DNA of 36,786 nucleotides, from assembly GCA_944393335.1 (NCBI GenBank), contig CALXZV010000001.1, positions 1 through 36,786 of the forward strand. Direction: 5' to 3'. How positions within the stretch are numbered: the first letter of the stretch is position 1; the number at the start of each line of letters is the position of its first letter. This DNA comes from an uncultured Clostridia bacterium. Lineage in GTDB: Bacteria > Bacillota > Clostridia > TANB77 > CAG-508. Positions 9,295 through 18,019 of the stretch are shown here, in pieces. A model generated the notes under the pieces. That model did no database searches. It was given only the letters and a program-made list of their open reading frames with translations, and was not told where the DNA came from. The position numbers and the translations under genes were made by a program.

Positions 9295-9828
9295 TTATTT
9301 TTTAGTTAGCAATCCAATTAATTGAGGGTATAAATTTGTAGCGTTTTTCTTCCAATTATCTACAATATTTTGAGCTTGTTCTCTTGAATATGCAAAAGTT
9401 TTTATTTCAAAAATAACCTCATTTTCTTCAACAATTTTGCACACAACTTCATATTCGTTTTCACTCTTTGGAGTGTACTCAGAAACAATAGACTGAGCAT
9501 TTTCAAACATTTCTATATTACTTTTTAAATTAGTGTCAACTCGAAGTTTTATAATTCCTGGCAATATGTCTAAAGTTAAATCTAAGGTGTTTTTGCCAGC
9601 TTCAGTAAGTTCATATACATCTTGAGTTTCTTTTGTATAGCGTACAACAAATTTGGCATCAATTAAATCTAGCAAAAATTGTTGAAAGTAAAAGTAGTTT
9701 AAATCAACAGCTGAACTAACAATACTATACAATGCATCATTTGTAATTGGCTTTTTAACAGTATCTAATACATATAAAATTAAAACTTTGTTTTCAGCCA
9801 ATGTTTCGCTATCAGATGTAATTTTCAA
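9295..9828 (-). CDS. DUF4364-family protein
   Basis: 177 aa. The N-terminal winged-helix-like NKVLILYVLDTVKKPITNDALYSIV and overall layout match my recollection of DUF4364 proteins found near scpB in Clostridia. Confidence 0.7.
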   Translation of the reverse strand: MKITSDSETLAENKVLILYVLDTVKKPITNDALYSIVSSAVDLNYFYFQQFLLDLIDAKFVVRYTKETQDVYELTEAGKNTLDLTLDILPGIIKLRVDTNLKSNIEMFENAQSIVSEYTPKSENEYEVVCKIVEENEVIFEIKTFAYSREQAQNIVDNWKKNATNLYPQLIGLLTKK

Positions 9829-9927
9829 ATTAATTTCAACTCCTTATACGTATTTGATTATAAATTTTATATAAAGAAAAACACAAATATGTTGGCAAAT
9901 AAACAATAAAATTTATAAAATCAAAAA

Positions 9928-9956
9928 TATTATAGCACAAAATGAGTGCAAATTCA
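9928..9956 (-). promoter_or_regulatory. Sigma-A-type promoter for the DUF4364 gene
   Basis: On the minus strand: TTGAAT (9956-9951), 17-nt spacer, TGcTATAAT extended -10 (TATAAT at 9933-9928). Confidence 0.6.
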
Positions 9957-10043
9957 ACAGTTTATGAAAGTCGAATAAGAAAAAGATACTGTTTAGTAAG
10001 AATATGTAGGCTATTTTAAATATATTACAAAACAGTAAGACTT

Positions 10044-10070
10044 TGTCAAAAAATGTCGAATTTTGTCGAA
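10044..10070 (+). promoter_or_regulatory. Three phased Spo0A-box-like heptamers
   Basis: TGTCAAA (10044), TGTCGAA (10054) and TGTCGAA (10064) lie in direct orientation with exact 10-bp spacing. The 0A-box consensus is TGNCGAA. Confidence 0.55.
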
Positions 10071-10099
10071 AAGTTTTGGAAAAATTTAGCACAAATATA

Positions 10100-10128
10100 T
10101 TGACATTTTATGGCAAATAATGTAATAT
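10100..10128 (+). promoter_or_regulatory. Sigma-A-type promoter with no obvious downstream CDS for about 620 bp
   Basis: TTGACA (10100-10105), 17-nt spacer, TAATAT (10123-10128). Confidence 0.5.
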
Positions 10129-10750
10129 ATAGTCATGCTACTTAGCAAGGCAAAATATTATTCACACATATTTTAATTATAATATTGTACAAGCTGTTTT
10201 TATAATTAAAATAAATTCAAAAGAAAATTAATTTATAATAAAAACATTATAATCTACAAAAGAAATCCAAAAATATTTAAATAATTACATATAATTAGTT
10301 ATTAAGCTTGTAGAGGAAACAAAAAATAGGTTAATGGTAATTAATTCTAATAATGGAAAAATTCTTCCTTTCCATATTGTAAGACACTGCCTTAATAATA
10401 CATATTTTTGATTTGTCTTCAAAATTTCCCCCAAAAAAATAAATTGTGCCCCCCAAAAGCTCCAATTTATATTTAGTTTCCTCTACAACTCCTTTTATTA
10501 TATTATATTTTGTCAAGATCCTCTTACTAACTATTTCTCCATAGTTAGTAAGGGGGCAATATTATAATTTTAAAGGTAAATTATAAAAATTTAAAAAACA
10601 GAAAATGATGAAAAAACATTGAAAAATATTTTAAATTTTGTTAAAATAAATTCATAAATTAAAAAAATTGATGTGTAGATTTAAAAATAGTTAAATAAAA
10701 TTTTTTAGAAAATAAAATTTAAACTTAAAATAAAGAGAGGAGAATAATCA

Positions 10751-11506
10751 ATGCGAATAAGATTTAAACCATGGGCAAGAGAAGAGCTAGAAACCAGTCC
10801 ATTTTACATAGATAATCCACAAATGTTTAAAAATAAGTGGAAAACTGCATTTCCAAATGATTATCCAATTTATTTGGAACTTGGTTGTGGCAAAGGCAAT
10901 TTTATAGCTCAAATGGCAAGCAAAAATAAAGACAAGCATATTAACTATGTTGCGATAGATTTAGTTGATAGCATGCTTGGCATAGCCAAAAGAAATGTGG
11001 AAAAAGAATATGGCATTAGGGCAACATTGCAAAAAGAAGAAATAGAAAATGAAATTGAAAAGCAAAAAATTGTTACAAATCTTAGGCTTACTCGTTATGA
11101 CATAGCTCTCATATCTAATATATTTGGAAAAGAAGATAATATACAAAGAATTTACATTAATTTTTGCAATCCATGGCCAAGGGGCAAGCATCACAAAAAA
11201 AGACTTACACATCCAAGACAACTTGAGCAATACAAAACTTTTCTTGCCAAAGGTGGATACATCTTTTTTAAAACAGATGATGACTATTTATTTGAAGATA
11301 GTATTAAATATTTTCAAACTGCAGGGTTTGTTATAGAGAAGTCAACCTATGATTTAGCAAGTGAACAAAACTTTTGGTTAGGAGAAGAAAATATTGAAAC
11401 AGAGCATGAAAAAATGTTCAAAAAAGATGGAATTAAAATAAAAGCGTGTATTGCTAAAAATGAAGATGTAGTAGCTTTTGATGAAGAGATAGAAAAAGTA
11501 GGATAG
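10751..11506 (+). CDS. trmB: tRNA (guanine46-N7)-methyltransferase
   Basis: 251 aa with the SAM motif ELGCGKGNF and the TrmB signature NFCNPWPRGKHHKKRL. RBS is GAGAGGAG. Confidence 0.9.
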   Translation: MRIRFKPWAREELETSPFYIDNPQMFKNKWKTAFPNDYPIYLELGCGKGNFIAQMASKNKDKHINYVAIDLVDSMLGIAKRNVEKEYGIRATLQKEEIENEIEKQKIVTNLRLTRYDIALISNIFGKEDNIQRIYINFCNPWPRGKHHKKRLTHPRQLEQYKTFLAKGGYIFFKTDDDYLFEDSIKYFQTAGFVIEKSTYDLASEQNFWLGEENIETEHEKMFKKDGIKIKACIAKNEDVVAFDEEIEKVG

Positions 11507-11599
11507 ATTGCTGACCGTCGAACAATTTTTATTCAATTTTAGCATTTATATTATAAAAAAGACTAATATATGTGCTGGAGCTTTTAGCAAATGAAGCAA

Positions 11600-11640
11600 A
11601 GCGACCTTCGAGACTTTCTCAAGGTCGCTCCAAATTTTTC
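11600..11640. terminator. Bidirectional terminator between convergent trmB and the amylase gene
   Basis: The GC-rich stem agcgacctt (11600-11608) pairs with aaggtcgct (11621-11629), followed by ccaaattttt. Confidence 0.7.
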
Positions 11641-11664
11641 TTTCAATATAAAGCTGAGTGGTGC

Positions 11665-13132
11665 TTATAAATTATACATATTATCTTTTTTAATCCATAC
11701 AGAAACGCTACCACCATTTACATAAAAAATGCCATTTCCATCTTTATCTACATACACCGTTTCTTTTATATTACCAGTGCAGTCGTACAATATACTATTT
11801 GCCAAGTTTTTACCAACATTCATGCATTTATGACCACCGTCGCCATCACTTAAAATAACAGCCATTCCAGAATCTTGGTGGTAATAATCACCTTCTCTAA
11901 CCCAACCTATAATATTTGCGTCATCTAAATAATCTCTTTGTTTGCCATATGCCAAATATTTTCTAGCTAAAAGTAATATGTTCAAAATTTCTTTCATAGG
12001 TGGTATATTTTTAAAAGGCACACCATAATAATCTCCATAAAATACACAAGGAATTCCTTCTTGCCTTAGCAAAATGCAAGCATAGGCAAGAGGCTTAAAC
12101 CATTCTTTAACCCATGACTCTAAGCTTTGACCGAGGCTCAGTATCATGATTATCTACAAACGTTACAGCTTTTGTAGGTCTTCTGTCTACTAATGTATCT
12201 TCAAAAAGATTTCGCATATCATAATGCCCAAAACTTTCAGATGCAATTTTAAAATGGTCATGAAGCGGAACATCAAATAGAGTATCTATTTCATCATTTC
12301 TTTGCAAATAATTTAGAAGCGAATCAATATTGCAACTAAAATATTCTCCAACAGTAAATAAATCTTTGTCAGTTTCGGCTTTTAGATCATGAAGCCATCT
12401 TTTGTAAAAAGAAGAGCGAATATGCTTAATTGCATCTAACCTAAAACCATCTACATTAGTTTGCTCTAAAAACCATTTGCCCCATCTAAAAAGGTCATCA
12501 ACAACATCCAAATTGTTAAAATCTACATCACAACCCATTAAATAGTCATAATTGCCAAGTTCTTTATCAACATCATTGCTCCAATGCTTTCCATAAAATC
12601 TAAAAATACCATGTTCTTTTTGCTTGTCATCATAGTCTATGCCATTAAAATGCGACCAGTCTAAATTGAAATCTGAATAGGTATTATTTCTACCTTTAAA
12701 ATTAAATTTAGTCCAAGCTTCAATTGTTCTATATGTTCCAATAACTTCGTTTCTATTATTTGGGTTAACTTTATATGCAATAATTTCTTCTTTTTCATCT
12801 GCTCCAAATCTATGATTTAAAACAATATCTGCCAAAACTTTTATACCACATTTTTGCAAATATTTAATTGCATCTAAGTATTCTTGCTTAGTGCCATATT
12901 TGGTACGAATACTGCCTTTTTGCATAAATTCGCCCATATCATATAGGTCATATACACCATAACCTGTATCATTTATTCCACCAGCCGACTTAAAGCAAGG
13001 TGGAAGCCAAATATAATTTATACCTAATTTTTTTAAATCTTTACCAACATTTTGAAGGCTTTTCCATAACATGCAATCATTTGGCATGTACCATTCAAAA
13101 TATTGCATCATTGTATCATTTGTTTCTTTCAC
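11665..13132 (-). pseudogene. Cytoplasmic GH13 alpha-amylase (Bacillus licheniformis/AmyA type) disrupted by a +1 frameshift
   Basis: ORFs 12107-13132 and 11665-12147 together align to this amylase family (MQYFEWYMPND, VDGFRLDAIKHI, FVDNHDTEP | GQSLESWV..WFKPLAYA). The frames switch at cct-c-ggt, near plus-strand position 12133. There is no signal peptide. Confidence 0.85.
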
Positions 13133-13319
13133 TTAAATATCATCCTTTCTGACTTTAAGCTAAAATCTATATTTTGAAATATTATATCACTAGAAAAATT
13201 TCTTGACAATTCCTTTTTTTAGTTATGCTCATATTTGAGCTAAAATTTTAAAAAACAATAGAAATTTATGAAAAAATATTATATAATAATGAAGATAAAA
13301 AATTCGAAAGGAAATTCCA

Positions 13320-14477
13320 ATGGATAAAATCAATGAATTAGTACAGTGGATAGGGTCAATAGAGCTTTCACAAGTTATAAATGTAATTATTTGCATAATA
13401 GCAATTATATTTACAGTAATAATTAGCCCATTTTTAAGTTTAGCAATTGCTAAAATATTTGGATGGAAAAAAACAAAAGCAGAATTAAAAAATAGTGTGG
13501 TATACAATGCATCAAAATATTTTCTTATAGCTACAGGTGTACTTTTTTCAACAAAAATATTGGGGCTAAATGAAGACTTAAACAATTTTTTAGATAAATT
13601 ATATAGGATTGCAATTGTGTGGATAATAGCCAAAACTGCATCAGATGTTTTTTCAAATAGAAGGCTACTTACATCAAGGCTAAAAGATAAAGCAAATGAC
13701 CCAATGGTAAATATAATTAACAAAATTATTAAAGTAGTTTTGTATATACTTGCAGCATATTTGACGCTTAAAGAATTTAACTACGATCTAGGTGGAATTT
13801 TAACAGGGTTAGGACTAAGTACTGCCATTATTGCTTTAGCTGCTCAAGATACAGTAAAAGACGTTTTCTCGGGACTTTCAATATTCTGGGATAAACCATT
13901 TGCAATAGGCGATTGGGTAGAAATAGGTGATGTATCTGGAACAGTTGAAAATATTACATTTAGAAGTACAAAATTAAGAACAACAGAAGACACCATAATA
14001 ACTATTCAAAATTCAGCAATAAGCTCAGAGAACATTATAAACTGGGGAGTAATAAAGAAAAGAATATATAAAGCAAACTTAAAACTTCCACTAGAAACAG
14101 AAGAAGTTACAGTAGAAAAAGTTTTAAATAGAATTAGATTTATTTTAAAATACAATAAAGAAATTATAAAAAATTCAGTAAGTGTGCATCTTAATGAAAT
14201 AAAAGAAGACGGAATTAATATAAACATTTACTTAGAAACAAATATTACAGCATATGGAGCATATCAAGATTTTTGTAACAAACTTAACCTTACATTGCTT
14301 AATATACTAGAAACCCAAGGCATTAAGCTTGCTTATCCAGGACAAAACATATACATAAAAAATGTTGAAGAAGGATACCAAATAAATAAAAAAGAAAATC
14401 ATCAACAATTTAATTTAGAACAGGAAAAACACATAAAACCAGTTAAAGTAAATAATACGGCAAAAAACAAGAAATAA
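13320..14477 (+). CDS. Mechanosensitive ion channel (MscS family)
   Basis: 385 aa. N-terminal TM helices are followed by the MscS core FSGLSIFWDKPFAIGDWVEIGDVSGTVENITFRSTKLRT. Confidence 0.85.
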   Translation: MDKINELVQWIGSIELSQVINVIICIIAIIFTVIISPFLSLAIAKIFGWKKTKAELKNSVVYNASKYFLIATGVLFSTKILGLNEDLNNFLDKLYRIAIVWIIAKTASDVFSNRRLLTSRLKDKANDPMVNIINKIIKVVLYILAAYLTLKEFNYDLGGILTGLGLSTAIIALAAQDTVKDVFSGLSIFWDKPFAIGDWVEIGDVSGTVENITFRSTKLRTTEDTIITIQNSAISSENIINWGVIKKRIYKANLKLPLETEEVTVEKVLNRIRFILKYNKEIIKNSVSVHLNEIKEDGININIYLETNITAYGAYQDFCNKLNLTLLNILETQGIKLAYPGQNIYIKNVEEGYQINKKENHQQFNLEQEKHIKPVKVNNTAKNKK

Positions 14478-14629
14478 AATTACTGCGAGTATTAATATCT
14501 AAATTATTATACAAAATTCACATAATAGACATAATATTGCTTTAAAATTAATATATATACAAAATTACCTAGAAATATTTTAGTGTTAAATGGAGACTTA
14601 AAATGTAGCCAAAAAGAAAGGATGATTTT

Positions 14630-15307
14630 ATGGAAGGCGTTACCATATTAGTTGTAGATGATGAATTTAGAATGAGAAAATTAGTAAAAGATTTTTTGTT
14701 AAAAGAAGATTGCACTGTGCTAGAAGCGGGTGATGGTGAAGAAGCAATAAAAGTATTTAATGAAAACAAAGAAAAAATAAATTTAATATTATTAGATGTA
14801 ATGATGCCAAAGTTAGATGGCTGGTCTGTTTTAAGACAAATAAGACAAGAGTCAAAAGTACCAGTAATCATGCTTACAGCAAGGGGTGAAGAGCAAGACG
14901 AATTATTTGGCTTTGAGCTTGGAGTTGACGAATATATTTCAAAACCATTTAGCCCTAAAATACTTGTTGCAAGAATAAAAGCAATCTTAAATAGAACAGA
15001 GGAAAAGAAAAACGAAAGCAAAAATTATGGCGGTATAGAAATAAATACCGAAGGCAGAACTGTAACAGTTGATGGCAAGCAAATAGAGCTTAGCCTAAGA
15101 GAATATGAGTTACTTAAGTATTTATTAGACAACGAAAACGTAGCATTATCTAGGGACAAAATACTAAATAATGTATGGAATTACGACTACTATGGAGATT
15201 CTAGAACAATAGATAGTCACATAAAAAAGATTAGACATAAGCTAGGCAAAAAAGGAAAATACATAAAAACCATTAGAGGAGTAGGGTATAAATTTGAAGT
15301 TAAATAA
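14630..15307 (+). CDS. OmpR-family response regulator
   Basis: 225 aa. The receiver domain shows ILVVDDE...LDVMMPKLDG...KPF. The winged-helix domain shows LSLREYELLKYL...RTIDSHIKKIRHKL...GVGYKF. Confidence 0.9.
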   Translation: MEGVTILVVDDEFRMRKLVKDFLLKEDCTVLEAGDGEEAIKVFNENKEKINLILLDVMMPKLDGWSVLRQIRQESKVPVIMLTARGEEQDELFGFELGVDEYISKPFSPKILVARIKAILNRTEEKKNESKNYGGIEINTEGRTVTVDGKQIELSLREYELLKYLLDNENVALSRDKILNNVWNYDYYGDSRTIDSHIKKIRHKLGKKGKYIKTIRGVGYKFEVK

Positions 15308-15387
15308 GGCTTATTTCAAACCACTGTATAAATATTTTAGAATTGAAACAAATATTCTTTGTTGGCATTAGTAGCAAATAGTGAGAA

Positions 15388-16875
15388 ATGGATTTTAAAA
15401 TGAAATTAAAAAATACTTTTAAATCAATTAGATTCAGACTATTTGGAACACTATGTGTTAGCATAGTGTTAATTATATTTTGCCTTATAATCATAAATAA
15501 TGTAGTCTTAGAGACCTTTTATTTATATTCTAAAACAAGCACGGCCATACATATATGCCAAAGTATTAACAGTTATTACAATGGAATATTTACATACAAT
15601 ATAAAAGATAAATTAAGAGAGCAAGAAAGAACAAATAATATAGATATTTTAATACTTGACGAAAATTTTGATGTTGTTTATTGTAGCAATCAGGAAATAA
15701 TAGATAGTGTAAATGTGCTAGAATCAGTACATAGTTTTAGAAGTTCAATAATATATTCTCAAAATAACATAGTGGTACAAAGTATTGATGAAAGTAAAAC
15801 AAATGAATATTTAATGCTAAAAGCAAATTTAGATAATGGCTATATTACATATATAAAAATACAAATAGAACCTATAAAAGAAACTGTAAAAATATCCAAT
15901 GATTTGCTAGTTATTATAGGTGTGCTAATGATAATAATAGCAGCAGTTATTGCATCAGTTATAGCAAACAAATTTACAAAACCAATTTTGCAATTAAATA
16001 GGATAACGAAAAAAATGGCTAATTTAGATTTCAGCCAAAGATACAGAATATCTGACACAGAAGATGAAATAAATATGCTTGGAAGAAATATAAATGAAAT
16101 GTCAGATAAACTAGAGCTTACAATAAATAGATTGCAAAGCAACAACTCAAAATTGGAACAAAATATAGAAGAAAAATCTAAAATAGACGAAATGAGAAAA
16201 CAATTTATATCAGATGTATCTCATGAGCTAAAAACACCAATAGCACTTATTCAAGGCTATGCAGAGGGATTAATAGAAAATGTAAATTCTGATGAAGAAT
16301 CTAGAAAATTTTATGCAGAAGTAATCCTAGATGAATCAAATAAAATGGATACAATGGTAAAAAGATTACTAGAGCTAATGAAACTAGAATACCAAGAAAG
16401 AAAATTCAACGATACAGAATTTGATTTAACAGAGTTAATAAAAGAAGAATTAAGAAGAAATACAGTTGTTATAAAAGAAAATAATATAAAAATAGAATTT
16501 GATGAAAAGAAAAAAATAAAAGTATTTGCAGACCAAGAATATATAGAACAGGTTGTAAGCAATTATTTGACAAATGCTATCAAACATGCTGATGAAAAAA
16601 ATGGCGAAAAGAAAATAATTATTAGAACAGAAAACAAAAAAGACAAAGTTAGATTATTTGTTTATAACACAGGAGAAAATATACCAAAAGAGTACATAAA
16701 CAAAATCTGGGGAAGATTCTATAAAGTTGATTCCTCAAGAAATAGAAATGCTGGTGGTACAGGCATAGGACTCGCTTTGGTTAAAGCTATAATGAATAAT
16801 TACAACAATGAGTATGGCGTAAGAAACCTAGAAAATGGTGTTGAATTCTATTGTGATATAAACAAAAAAGCATAA
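15388..16875 (+). CDS. Sensor histidine kinase (HAMP-HisKA-HATPase_c)
   Basis: 495 aa with two TM segments. Motifs are the H-box FISDVSHELKTPIA, the N-box NYLTNAIKH and the G-box GGTGIGLALVKAI. An alternative start lies at 15400. Confidence 0.9.
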   Translation: MDFKMKLKNTFKSIRFRLFGTLCVSIVLIIFCLIIINNVVLETFYLYSKTSTAIHICQSINSYYNGIFTYNIKDKLREQERTNNIDILILDENFDVVYCSNQEIIDSVNVLESVHSFRSSIIYSQNNIVVQSIDESKTNEYLMLKANLDNGYITYIKIQIEPIKETVKISNDLLVIIGVLMIIIAAVIASVIANKFTKPILQLNRITKKMANLDFSQRYRISDTEDEINMLGRNINEMSDKLELTINRLQSNNSKLEQNIEEKSKIDEMRKQFISDVSHELKTPIALIQGYAEGLIENVNSDEESRKFYAEVILDESNKMDTMVKRLLELMKLEYQERKFNDTEFDLTELIKEELRRNTVVIKENNIKIEFDEKKKIKVFADQEYIEQVVSNYLTNAIKHADEKNGEKKIIIRTENKKDKVRLFVYNTGENIPKEYINKIWGRFYKVDSSRNRNAGGTGIGLALVKAIMNNYNNEYGVRNLENGVEFYCDINKKA

Positions 16876-16883
16876 AATTTTTT

Positions 16884-16950
16884 AAGTTGGGGACGGTCCT
16901 AAATCGAAAAAATTGTCAAAATTGTTAAAAGGGACGGTTCTAAATGACAA
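16884..16950 (+). repeat. Type-2 / type-1 repeat tandem (heterodimer), copy D
   Basis: aagttggggacggtcctaaatcgaaaaaa (16884-16912) is followed directly by ttgtcaaaattgttaaaagggacggttctaaatgacaa (16913-16950). The type-1 unit carries an ~11-nt insertion. Confidence 0.8.
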
Positions 16951-17128
16951 CCACACACGTGAAAAATAAGCGAACCATTAAAAGCTAAGCAATAATTGTC
17001 AAAGAAATAAATAAGAAATACCAGGACTACATTGGTATTTTAGCTTCCAACTATTTGTCTAATTTTGATAATTAAATATCGTGCAATAATTTTAAAAAAG
17101 TATTGAAAAAATATGTGGGAAGATATAT

Positions 17129-17157
17129 TTGACATTAATTTAATTTAATGTTACAAT
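17129..17157 (+). promoter_or_regulatory. Sigma-A-type promoter pointing into the 3' end of the minus-strand small ORF (candidate antisense RNA promoter)
   Basis: TTGACA (17129-17134), 17-nt spacer, TGtTACAAT (TACAAT at 17152-17157). No plus-strand ORF lies downstream. Confidence 0.5.
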
Positions 17158-17253
17158 ATTATTACAAATTTAACTGGCTTGTTGACAGAAGAAAGAAACT
17201 ATATTATTATTATTATAAATAAAGGCAAAAAGCAAGCATTACCAAATTATTTA

Positions 17254-17286
17254 TTAAAAACGAATAAGAGCCAGAAGCCCTTATTC
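17254..17286 (-). terminator. Rho-independent terminator of the small membrane-protein gene
   Basis: The minus strand reads gaauaagggc-uucu-ggcucuuauuc followed by guuuuu. It overlaps the stop codon. Confidence 0.65.
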
Positions 17287-17475
17287 AATCTCGTTTAACT
17301 TAGAAGAATTGAAGTTATGTGCGTTGACTTCAATTCCTTTTTTTGTGAAATTAATATAAGAGTTATATCCTAAACTGGCTAGCCCAAATATTGTTCCACA
17401 AATGATAACGGCAATTAAAGCTCTTCCAAGGTATCTTACAGCAATATCGCTATTGCTAGAATCATTTGTTTTCAA
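17281..17475 (-). CDS. Small single-TM membrane protein (candidate type I toxin)
   Basis: 64 codons from a TTG start at 17475, which lies 8 nt downstream of a strong AAGGAGG RBS. The central TM segment is LGRALIAVIICGTIFGLASLGY. The upstream ATG at 17535 has no RBS. Confidence 0.5.
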   Translation of the reverse strand: MKTNDSSNSDIAVRYLGRALIAVIICGTIFGLASLGYNSYINFTKKGIEVNAHNFNSSKLNEIE

Positions 17476-17614
17476 TTCTTGTACCTCCTTCTTTAAGAAT
17501 TTGCATCTAACTATTCTGTGAAGAGTTAGGTGCATAAACTAATAGTTGAAATGCAAAGAAATCAATTACTAATCTATGCACCCAACTGAAGGAGTTCATT
17601 AAACGATTAAAAAG

Positions 17615-17644
17615 AGTATATCAAATATAACTATAAAAAGTCAA
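17615..17644 (-). promoter_or_regulatory. Sigma-A-type promoter for the small membrane-protein mRNA (about 130-nt leader)
   Basis: On the minus strand: TTGACT (17644-17639), 18-nt spacer, TGaTATACT (TATACT at 17620-17615). Confidence 0.5.
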
Positions 17645-17716
17645 TAATTAATTAGTACAAAATGATGAAATATCAGCAAAAATATATTAGGTAATTACAA
17701 TTACATAAAATATTTT

Positions 17717-17746
17717 TTGCAATTGATTACAAACATATGTTAAAAT
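17717..17746 (+). promoter_or_regulatory. Sigma-A-type promoter upstream of the tiny (TA)n-containing ORF
   Basis: TTGCAA (17717-17722), 18-nt spacer, TGtTAAAAT (TAAAAT at 17741-17746). Confidence 0.45.
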
Positions 17747-17772
17747 AAAGAAAAAATTAGGAGTACAAAATA

Positions 17773-17829
17773 ATGACAAAAATCGCTGAAACCCTTGCGG
17801 CTGTATATATATATATATATATATCGTAA
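17773..17829 (+). CDS. 18-codon ORF (MTKIAETLAAVYIYIYIS) containing the (TA)10 tract; possible leader peptide
   Basis: An AGGAG RBS (17759-17763) lies 9 nt before the ATG. The ORF sits between a promoter-like site and a terminator. Coding status is unproven. Confidence 0.25.
   Translation: MTKIAETLAAVYIYIYIS
17804..17824. repeat. (TA)10 dinucleotide microsatellite
   Basis: tatatatatatatatatatat, 21 nt of uninterrupted TA alternation. Confidence 0.95.
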
Positions 17830-17865
17830 GATTTAATAGAATAGAATTATGTGAACATAGAGGTA

Positions 17866-17916
17866 AAACTATGCTTATTAGACGTATGCAAAATGTCTAA
17901 GGGCATAGTTTTTTTG
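17866..17916 (+). terminator. Rho-independent terminator upstream of the FGE-like gene
   Basis: aaactatgc (17866-17874) pairs with gcatagttt (17903-17911). There is an inner hairpin and a run of 7 T residues. Confidence 0.65.
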
Positions 17917-17926
17917 TGCATTTTTT

Positions 17927-17984
17927 CAGTTGGGGACGGTCCTAAATCGAAAAAGTTGTCAAATGGGACGGTTCTATTTGACAA
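17927..17984 (+). repeat. Type-2 / type-1 repeat tandem (heterodimer), copy E
   Basis: cagttggggacggtcctaaatcgaaaaag (17927-17955) is followed directly by ttgtcaaatgggacggttctatttgacaa (17956-17984). Confidence 0.85.
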
Positions 17985-18019
17985 CAAAAATCTTAAGAAA
18001 AAACAAGGAGGAAAAAACT

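Noticed and set aside
9190-9298. CodY-box-like half sites (AATTTTCAG ... CTGAAAATT) flanking the type-2 doublet
   Set aside because: The T-run plus CAG is part of the type-2 unit consensus at every copy (16881, 17921 and 33221 as well), so the resemblance to AATTTTCWGAAAATT is most simply a by-product of the repeat ends.
10331-10516. 61-aa ORF in the long intergenic gap
   Set aside because: It has a TTG start with only a marginal AGGA 2 nt upstream and no recognisable family. It lies in a region better explained by RNA structure and regulatory elements. I mention it under the gap finding but do not call it as a gene.
17476-17535. ATG at 17535 as the start of the small minus-strand ORF
   Set aside because: This ATG has no RBS, whereas a near-perfect AAGGAGG sits 8 nt before the in-frame TTG at 17475. 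The extra 20 codons fall in the structured leader.
17930-18019. ORF-track start at 17930 for the 469-aa protein
   Set aside because: The first 30 codons are simply the translation of the type2-type1 repeat tandem and have no RBS. ATG 18020 follows an AAGGAGG RBS and begins a normal Lys-rich leader plus TM anchor.
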